From NCBI GenBank assembly GCA_047404195.1, contig JBDOIU010000002.1:3677-67676 (forward strand): a stretch of 64,000 bases of DNA, written 5' to 3'. The number at the start of each line of letters is the position of its first letter. Positions within the stretch are counted from its first letter, which is position 1. This stretch comes from Coxiellaceae bacterium. Its GTDB lineage: Bacteria > Pseudomonadota > Gammaproteobacteria > JAJRRL01. Of this stretch, positions 57,733-64,000 are shown in pieces. Position numbers and translations under genes: made by a program. The notes under the pieces were generated by a model. That model saw only the letters and a program-made list of their open reading frames with translations. It ran no database searches and had not been told where the DNA came from.

Positions 57733-58214
57733 GTGTTTGATTGCTCAATTTTGGAGATAAGTTTCTGCCTGCAGTCAGGCAACATAATTGAATAGCAAGA
57801 TCAATTCAGCTTATGCAGCAAACAGTAGGTGTAAAAAAGCAATATGTTGTTATTGCTCTAAATTTGGCGGAGTCGTTGTCAATTGTTCTGCGTGGTTTTA
57901 AATATTAACCCAAAGCATGCTTCATATTATTGCAGCTGAAATTCAATTAGCCTCAAGAGGGACTGGGTTTTTTTGCAAGCCACTATAGGTGAGCCAGTTA
58001 GCGCATGCAGTACCAGGAAAAATCAGCACAAACGCTTGTGCATTTCGTTAGAATGGTATAAATTGTGAACGCCAAATACTCAGAGTGATCGCTACCGAAC
58101 ACCAGTGCATCATATCGTATAATAAATAGAATGTATCTGTCGGGTTATTACGAGAGATGTGTTTAGTACACAAAAATTCTGCTGGTGCATGCATTAGGAG
58201 ATTATGCAGGAAAA

Positions 58215-58928
58215 TTAATCCGTTGGCCAGCCCATATTGCATTCAGAAAGTGTTTGGCAGGTGACAACGCCTGGCCCCTCAAAGCGATCAAATTGATATT
58301 GCTGCGAGCTGGACCAACCTTTCTTCAATTCTATTCTATGCCGGGTATGTTTGATGGTTTCACTATGGTAGACCCAAGCGCCTGCGCGTACATCTAATAT
58401 TTCACCCTCACTGAGATGTGCTTCGTATGGATTGCCATAGCAGTAGACCCAAACACCACCGTCTCTTCCATATGCCTTTAATGTATCTTTTAAATGCATC
58501 GTCTGTGGTGGTAGAAGCTTTGGGGCTTTGACAGATTTCTCTGTTTCTATCTCGATATTGCTTGTGGCGAGCAGCATCTGATGTGCGCGTAGGAACACTT
58601 TGTCACCTTTATTGAGGGGAATAAAAGCAATGCTTCCGGGTACATGGCGGGAAAAGGCAGCCTTGCCGTGTCCAATCAGTGAGCAGAGATTCAGCGAGTG
58701 GCCATTGATATCACGCGTAAATTTTTCGGTGTTTTCAAATGGTCTGATTGATAATTGTCCCATACTCCATAGCAGTGTGTGTTGTTCAAAGAATACATGC
58801 AGTTTAGGTTCATCACATTGCTTGATGTTCAGCGTCAGACTGGGTGTATTGCCGCCAGATATGATGTAGTCAATGTGCTCGACATTGCCCTTTGCCGCGC
58901 CAAGTGTGATGAGTTGTGGGTAAGGCAT
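58215..58928 (-). CDS. hypothetical protein, possibly AIM24/DUF124-like
   Basis: 237 aa, beta-rich composition. The segment GHGKAAFSRHVPGSIAFIPLNKGDKVFLRAHQMLLA resembles the repeated G.G.v...G.i..i.L..GE.l.v motif of AIM24-family proteins. Weak call. Confidence 0.35.
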   Translation of the reverse strand: MPYPQLITLGAAKGNVEHIDYIISGGNTPSLTLNIKQCDEPKLHVFFEQHTLLWSMGQLSIRPFENTEKFTRDINGHSLNLCSLIGHGKAAFSRHVPGSIAFIPLNKGDKVFLRAHQMLLATSNIEIETEKSVKAPKLLPPQTMHLKDTLKAYGRDGGVWVYCYGNPYEAHLSEGEILDVRAGAWVYHSETIKHTRHRIELKKGWSSSQQYQFDRFEGPGVVTCQTLSECNMGWPTD

Positions 58929-58971
58929 ATGGTCTCCCAGGATAGCTTACTGAGCATATTTTAGCACAGCA

Positions 58972-59979
58972 CTACCTAAATAAACTATAGATATCCTTTA
59001 CGCTGTCACACTGTGCGATAAATGCCTCGTCCCTTGTTGCAGTTTTTGTACAGGCATCATAGAGTACCTTACAAATACTGAAGTCTTGCAGAGCGCAGCC
59101 AACACTGTCAAACATGGTGATGCTGGATTGTGACAGTCGTGCGCTGTCAGCGCCTGTCATGACGTGATGTATTTCTTTCACGGTGTCGTGTGATTGTAGT
59201 TGCTGTATCTCACCTTCAACGATTGCCTGGGGTAGAAAGTCAGTTGTAATGCTGTCACACGCACTGAGTAATGACAGTGGGAACTCGGTTTTACCTGGGC
59301 AGTCACCACCGAGAGCATTGATGTGCAGTCCTGCATGAAGATCGGTTGGTTGTAAAATATGCTGTTGTTTTTTTGCAGCAGTGAGGGTGATCAGGCAGTC
59401 TGATTCTGCTGCAACCTGTTGTGCACTGTTGGCAAATTTAATTTGTATGCCACGATCAACAAAGTGTTGCTGTAAGATTTGCATGGCTTCAGGGTCGATA
59501 TCAAAGACAATAAAGTGATTACAACCCAACAAAGAATGATGCGCCATGACTTGAAAAGCAGCTTGAGCACCACAACCGATGATGCCGACGGTGGTGATTT
59601 CCTTGTTGCCGCAATAAAGTGTGCCTATAGCTGCATTCACAGCAGTGCGGACGCCTGTGAGTATTGTCATGTCACAAAACATCAGTGGTCGTCCTGTTTC
59701 GCATTCAGCCCATAGCCCAGTGGCCATGATAGATGGATATCCTTTGCTTGGATTTGCGGGATGGCCATTTACAAATTTGCAGCAATAGAATGCGTCATCT
59801 GCAATTGGCATTTGCTCAAGGACACCATTCGGCACATGATGCGCAATACGGGGTGATAGCTGAAATTCGTCCCAGCGCTGATAGTCGGCAATCATTTGCT
59901 GTAGAACAAGCTCATAAAAAGCCTTTTCACCTATGGTATGTATCATAGGCACTATATCTTTGGCATTGATGAAGTACAT
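58972..59979 (-). CDS. ornithine cyclodeaminase / mu-crystallin family protein
   Basis: 335 aa. Rossmann motif VGIIGCGAQAAFQ preceded by LTGVRTAVNAA, which is typical of the OCD family. Confidence 0.75.
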   Translation of the reverse strand: MYFINAKDIVPMIHTIGEKAFYELVLQQMIADYQRWDEFQLSPRIAHHVPNGVLEQMPIADDAFYCCKFVNGHPANPSKGYPSIMATGLWAECETGRPLMFCDMTILTGVRTAVNAAIGTLYCGNKEITTVGIIGCGAQAAFQVMAHHSLLGCNHFIVFDIDPEAMQILQQHFVDRGIQIKFANSAQQVAAESDCLITLTAAKKQQHILQPTDLHAGLHINALGGDCPGKTEFPLSLLSACDSITTDFLPQAIVEGEIQQLQSHDTVKEIHHVMTGADSARLSQSSITMFDSVGCALQDFSICKVLYDACTKTATRDEAFIAQCDSVKDIYSLFR

Positions 59980-60126
59980 AACACTCTCTCTTAGGATGAT
60001 AACACATTGATTATAATGGGTAATAAATATTTGTGCAGCATAGTGGCGTGTAGTGGTTGATATGCTCTAAAATCATGCTAAAATAAATCAAATATGCAAC
60101 ATTTATATGAATAAGGGTGGTTAATA

Positions 60127-61329
60127 GTGTCTAAAAAGTTTATTCAATGTACAGCAAAAACATTTACAGAGCACACAGGTAGGCGGTGGTCAAAGCGTCA
60201 TGAGCATATTGACTACACTGTTCGGCCTTATTTTAATCCAGAAGCAGGTTCTATGCACTGGCTGGCACAGAAAAAAATACTTGCTGGTACTGAGCTTGGC
60301 TGCTATGCCAGTGTTTCGCTTCCTATAGATTCTAAGTGTGTTGATAGAGCTTGGCTGTTGATTGGGGCTGGTATGAAAAACAGTTCAGCTTACATCTGTA
60401 ATGATATATCAGATGCAAATGAAGGGTATCCAAATGCCAGTATGACACATGCGCAAGAGTGCTCAAGGGCTTTGAGAGATATAGATGTAAATGATGAGGT
60501 TTATACTTGGTATGGCGCAGCATATGCAGACTGTCGTCTTGAGGTTGTTGCATGGGCAGTGCCGTCAATGTTAGGAGGTAAGAGTGAGTATCAGAATTGG
60601 GCAGAGGCGCAAACATTCGATGTACCATATATTTGTCAACAATTGTTTAATAGTCATGAGGGAAACGAGACAGAGATATTGCTTGCTGAAGTCAAAGCTG
60701 TATTCCATAGGAGTGAAGATGCAGCGCAATATGCAGATAAGTTTCAGCAAAAACTCGGGGAAAGTCATAACATGTCGCGTCAGGTTCTCACTAAGCAGGT
60801 GGCGTTGTTTAGATTTATTCTTAAGTATGACTTCGCACATGATTTACTTGAGAGGGTTATAGGGCTGATGAAGGCGTGTATGGTTGATAGACAGCACTAC
60901 AGTCCTCTTATGATAAATTTGATAACCTTTAATTGGGGCCATTTTTTATCTATGTTATCACCAGCCAGTACGTTAAAAGATCAAGCTAAGCATAGTGCAA
61001 AGCAGCTTTGTCAGTCTATGTTAGAGGGGACTCGGCCGGAGATAACCCACAAGCAAGGCTACTTTGTAAAGGCAACGCTATTGATGCAACGTATTCATAA
61101 GTTACAGCGCTGTATCAAGTTTGCAGACCATTATGAGGTTCAGTTAAGCTTTGCACCACAAAAGGAGTTGATCAGGCACTTTCTTCATCTGGCTGCAATT
61201 CATATTGTGAATCGAGACAAGAATGATCGTCCTGAGTTGGTGTGGATTCACAGTCAATTGTTTGGGGCAGCTGATGAGCATGGTATATGGAATGATCCCG
61301 CTTTATGGTGTCATTTTGAGGCGCAGTAG
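60127..61329 (+). CDS. putative SET-domain-like protein (eukaryotic-like methyltransferase fold) with shared C-terminal module
   Basis: GTG start (MSKKFIQCT). SET-like blocks ILAGTELGCYASV, NDISDANEGYPNASMTH (compare RFINHSC.PN) and DVNDEVYTWYG (compare GEEL..DY). The C-terminal ~130 aa are nearly identical to the next gene. Confidence 0.45.
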   Translation: MSKKFIQCTAKTFTEHTGRRWSKRHEHIDYTVRPYFNPEAGSMHWLAQKKILAGTELGCYASVSLPIDSKCVDRAWLLIGAGMKNSSAYICNDISDANEGYPNASMTHAQECSRALRDIDVNDEVYTWYGAAYADCRLEVVAWAVPSMLGGKSEYQNWAEAQTFDVPYICQQLFNSHEGNETEILLAEVKAVFHRSEDAAQYADKFQQKLGESHNMSRQVLTKQVALFRFILKYDFAHDLLERVIGLMKACMVDRQHYSPLMINLITFNWGHFLSMLSPASTLKDQAKHSAKQLCQSMLEGTRPEITHKQGYFVKATLLMQRIHKLQRCIKFADHYEVQLSFAPQKELIRHFLHLAAIHIVNRDKNDRPELVWIHSQLFGAADEHGIWNDPALWCHFEAQ

Positions 61330-61440
61330 CTGCCCACAATATAGCCCGGCACGCTTGACAGAGGGCGCGATCTTTCGTATTTTTTGGTTACAATAAAAGA
61401 GAGCGCTATTTGCTGTGCTCAGGCTGATTTGGGGGTTTCA

Positions 61441-62760
61441 ATGAGAAAGTTAATAAAGTGCACGCCGGAAGATTTTACAATGATGACTGGTAGACGATGG
61501 ATGAAACAAAATGGAATTGGCGATATGGTTTCACCATGGGTTAATGTTGACACAGGTGTAGTGAGTTGGTTGGCTAATCGTGCAATAGTACCCGGGACCA
61601 TGCTTGGTGAATATTGTGGTGAGACTTTTCAGGGGAAATCAACCAATGCAGTGGATATTGCGTGGGTTCTCTCATCCGATGAGGTTCAGTATGTCTCTGC
61701 TGCTTACAGATGCAGCCTCTATTCTGATGCAAATGATGGTGTGCCGAATATAACACATGTTGGATTGGCAGGAAGTGTATCATTTAAAGCCATTGCGAAG
61801 GGCCAAGAAGTGATAAATGCCTATGGCCCAACATATCTTGGGCGTGAGGAATCTGTGGCATGGAAAATGCCACAAAGTTATCCGCAGCGATTCGGTCCTT
61901 ATGACATGTCTCCTTTCTTCTTTGTGTTTTCTTTACCGATGTTATGCAAGGGATTGGCACAGGTTGAGATGCTAACACGATTACACACGTGTATTAAGGC
62001 TGCTATGACGCAAAAAGGTATCTATAGCCAAGCATTGTCTTTGTTGTGTGCACAACCAGTTCAAATTGACAGTAGTGAACTAAAGCAACTACGTAAGAAT
62101 ATGGATTCATATACCCAAAGTGGTGATCATAAGGTGAAGGGGTATTTGGATCGCCAGCTTGCAGGGGGACGAGACTTCATACTGGATACCAGTCAACTGC
62201 GGCGAGAAGATAACTCAAAAACTGTAATTTTTATAGATGCGTATAAAAAGCTATTAGACTGTCTACGTGTGAAGAAAAACTTCAGGAAGTTGAGGCCTGT
62301 TATGCAAGCATGTTTGATTGGAAGAGAATATTTTAACCCAATTAAAATGACACTTTTACTGCACAGTCACGCAGAATTGCTTAAAGCTAAATCGCCCGTC
62401 AAAAAGTTGCAGAAGAAAGCGGAGTTGAGAGCGAAGCAGCTTTGTATGACGATGATGAGAGGGGCTCAGCCAGTCATCACTCAAAGACAGGCCTACTTCA
62501 AACAGGCAACGCTATTGATGCAACGTATTCATAAGTTACAGCGCTGTATTAGGCTTGCAGACCATTATGGAGTTCAGTTAAACTTTGCGCCACAAAAGGA
62601 GTTGATCAAACACTTTATTCATCTGGCTGCAATTCATATTGTGAACCGACGTGAGAATGATCGTCCTGAATTGGTGTGGATTCACAGTCAATTGTTTGGG
62701 GCAGGTGATGGGCATGGTATGTGGAATGACCCAGCTTTGCAAGCCCACTACGCCAAATAA
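61441..62760 (+). CDS. putative SET-domain-like protein, tandem paralog of 60127..61329
   Basis: ATG 61441 (MRKLIKCTPEDF) parallels the start of the first copy. SET-like blocks IVPGTMLGEYCGETF, YSDANDGVPNITH and AKGQEVINAYGPTY. Confidence 0.5.
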   Translation: MRKLIKCTPEDFTMMTGRRWMKQNGIGDMVSPWVNVDTGVVSWLANRAIVPGTMLGEYCGETFQGKSTNAVDIAWVLSSDEVQYVSAAYRCSLYSDANDGVPNITHVGLAGSVSFKAIAKGQEVINAYGPTYLGREESVAWKMPQSYPQRFGPYDMSPFFFVFSLPMLCKGLAQVEMLTRLHTCIKAAMTQKGIYSQALSLLCAQPVQIDSSELKQLRKNMDSYTQSGDHKVKGYLDRQLAGGRDFILDTSQLRREDNSKTVIFIDAYKKLLDCLRVKKNFRKLRPVMQACLIGREYFNPIKMTLLLHSHAELLKAKSPVKKLQKKAELRAKQLCMTMMRGAQPVITQRQAYFKQATLLMQRIHKLQRCIRLADHYGVQLNFAPQKELIKHFIHLAAIHIVNRRENDRPELVWIHSQLFGAGDGHGMWNDPALQAHYAK

Positions 62761-63030
62761 TAATCAGTATGTAGAAGCGCTTTTTGCTAGTGGTTAAATG
62801 CAATATTATCCCCTGCTTGCCCAATGCCATTTCTATTTTGAGTTTGTGGACACTCTGGTGTCCACGCTCAATAACACACTGTATGATATACCGGCTTGAA
62901 ACTAAGTTGATTCACCCATGTTCCAAATCTTAAGCTGTATTTGATATTGTTAGTACGATATGACTACAATACTCAACTGCAGCTCCTTTATATCTGGTAT
63001 GGGGCGGCACCTTTAATGCGTAAGGGGGGC

Positions 63031-63333
63031 ATGATGTTTAAAAAATTAAAAGAATATCTTAGCGTAGATTACGAACAATTTATGCTTTACTTTGGTTTGT
63101 GTAGCCCAATATTTACTATTCCCCAGTTGATTAAAGTATATTTTACCCACTCACATCATGTTGCTGGTCTCTCATTGTTGGCCTGGGTTGCGTATACAAT
63201 TGTGTCGGCATCATGGGCTATTTATGGGATAATCTATAATAAAAAAGCAATTATAGCAGCAAACTCTCTTGCCTGTGTATTAAATGCCATCATCTCTGTT
63301 GGTATTGTGTATTATGGTGGGGCCAAGCTCTGA
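63031..63333 (+). CDS. SemiSWEET-like / PQ-loop 3-TM membrane protein
   Basis: ATG 63031 after AAGGGGGG. ~100 aa and three TM segments. PQ motif in TM1 (FTIPQLIKVY). Confidence 0.6.
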   Translation: MMFKKLKEYLSVDYEQFMLYFGLCSPIFTIPQLIKVYFTHSHHVAGLSLLAWVAYTIVSASWAIYGIIYNKKAIIAANSLACVLNAIISVGIVYYGGAKL

Positions 63334-63359
63334 GCATACTCTCATCGCACTCTAAAATA

Positions 63360-64000
63360 TTACGATTGAATATATTGTTGCCAGCAATACTGTTGTCTCT
63401 CTGCTTGTGCATAAAACATCTGTTTTCCATCGTCGAAAGTGCATTGAAAATCAGCCGCCAGCTTGATCAACTCACAACGCTGCTTGACATGGTAATTGAT
63501 GTCGATCACGTATGGTTTTGTGCGTAGATACCCGGAGACGATATTTTTCAGTGTGGGTTCCCGATATGCTTTATCTGGAATGGTATTGATGAGTAGTTTG
63601 CATTTTGATGGGAATGCTTGGGTGAGTGGTTGATGTGCAATGCTGCTGTCAGTTACCCAGCCGGGTTTTCGACGGCTACAAATAATGATGCTTCTCACTT
63701 TATTTTGCAAAGAGAGCGCTATGATTTCGGCCGCACTGCCTGAGCCAAGAATAGTGATAGATGACGTATTGTTAATTAGTTTTTGTGGCATACTGCTCAC
63801 TGCACCTGCGCCATCTGTATTGTCGCCCCGCCAAGCGTTCAGTTGGCGTGTCAGCGTATTAATGGCTGGCCACTGGTGTGGGTTGAGTGCGTGGGGTAGC
63901 ACAGATTTTTTGAGTGGCATTGTGACGCTGAATCCATCGAAGGGTAGCGCATGCGCCAATTCGAGTGCAGATTGTAGATCGTTTTCGGTGAGGCGAATAT
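63360..64000 (-). CDS. aroE: shikimate dehydrogenase, N-terminus beyond window end
   Basis: Motifs GFSVTMPLKK, NTL....W.GDNTDGAG and ILGSGSAAEI. The frame stays open upstream of the track's TTG start (IRLTENDLQSALEL...) to nt 64000. Confidence 0.8.
   Translation of the reverse strand, partial: IRLTENDLQSALELAHALPFDGFSVTMPLKKSVLPHALNPHQWPAINTLTRQLNAWRGDNTDGAGAVSSMPQKLINNTSSITILGSGSAAEIIALSLQNKVRSIIICSRRKPGWVTDSSIAHQPLTQAFPSKCKLLINTIPDKAYREPTLKNIVSGYLRTKPYVIDINYHVKQRCELIKLAADFQCTFDDGKQMFYAQAERQQYCWQQYIQS

Noticed and set aside
62846-62865. Perfect 8-bp hairpin gtggacac-tctg-gtgtccac as a terminator of the second SET-like gene
   Set aside because: It is not followed by a T-run on either strand. 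It may be a protein-binding palindrome or RNA-stability element, but there is no evidence.

Overview
The window looks like a gammaproteobacterial chromosome segment. By inference only, the gene content resembles an intracellular Legionellales/Coxiella-like lineage. A well-supported housekeeping backbone is present: glmS, cdd, gyrB, rsmD, two M16 peptidases, ftsYEX, cyoABCD, rpoH, a DsbA-like oxidoreductase and partial aroE. Lineage-specific, tandemly duplicated gene families interrupt this backbone repeatedly. The most striking region is 14.2-34.1 kb. A minus-strand type IV pilus biogenesis operon follows the Vibrio MSHA secretory-operon order (mshI-J-K-L-M-N-E-G-F) but has no pilin or prepilin-peptidase genes nearby. 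A 190-bp control region separates it from a divergently transcribed array of 12 paralogous genes on the plus strand. These encode ~195-246-aa, Sec-signal, cysteine-rich proteins that I cannot assign to any family. The six central copies are separate cassettes, each with a GTCTATAAT promoter block; five of the six are followed by a clear rho-independent terminator. A second family of five small 4-Cys secreted proteins flanks a Com1/DsbA2-like oxidoreductase gene and rpoH (51.1-56.1 kb). Other notable items:
- two giant tandem paralogs (1-7.1 kb)
- a 950-aa protein with an NLS-like polybasic tract
- a glmS-linked HAD::YvcK fusion
- a PARG-like macrodomain protein with a C-terminal double hydrophobic segment
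- a possibly frameshifted neighbour of that gene
- two tandem SET-domain-like genes with near-identical 3' modules
- a LuxR-type regulator and a SemiSWEET-like gene
I found no rRNA, tRNA, CRISPR array, transposase or integrase. All homology calls come from motif recognition by eye, not from database searches.
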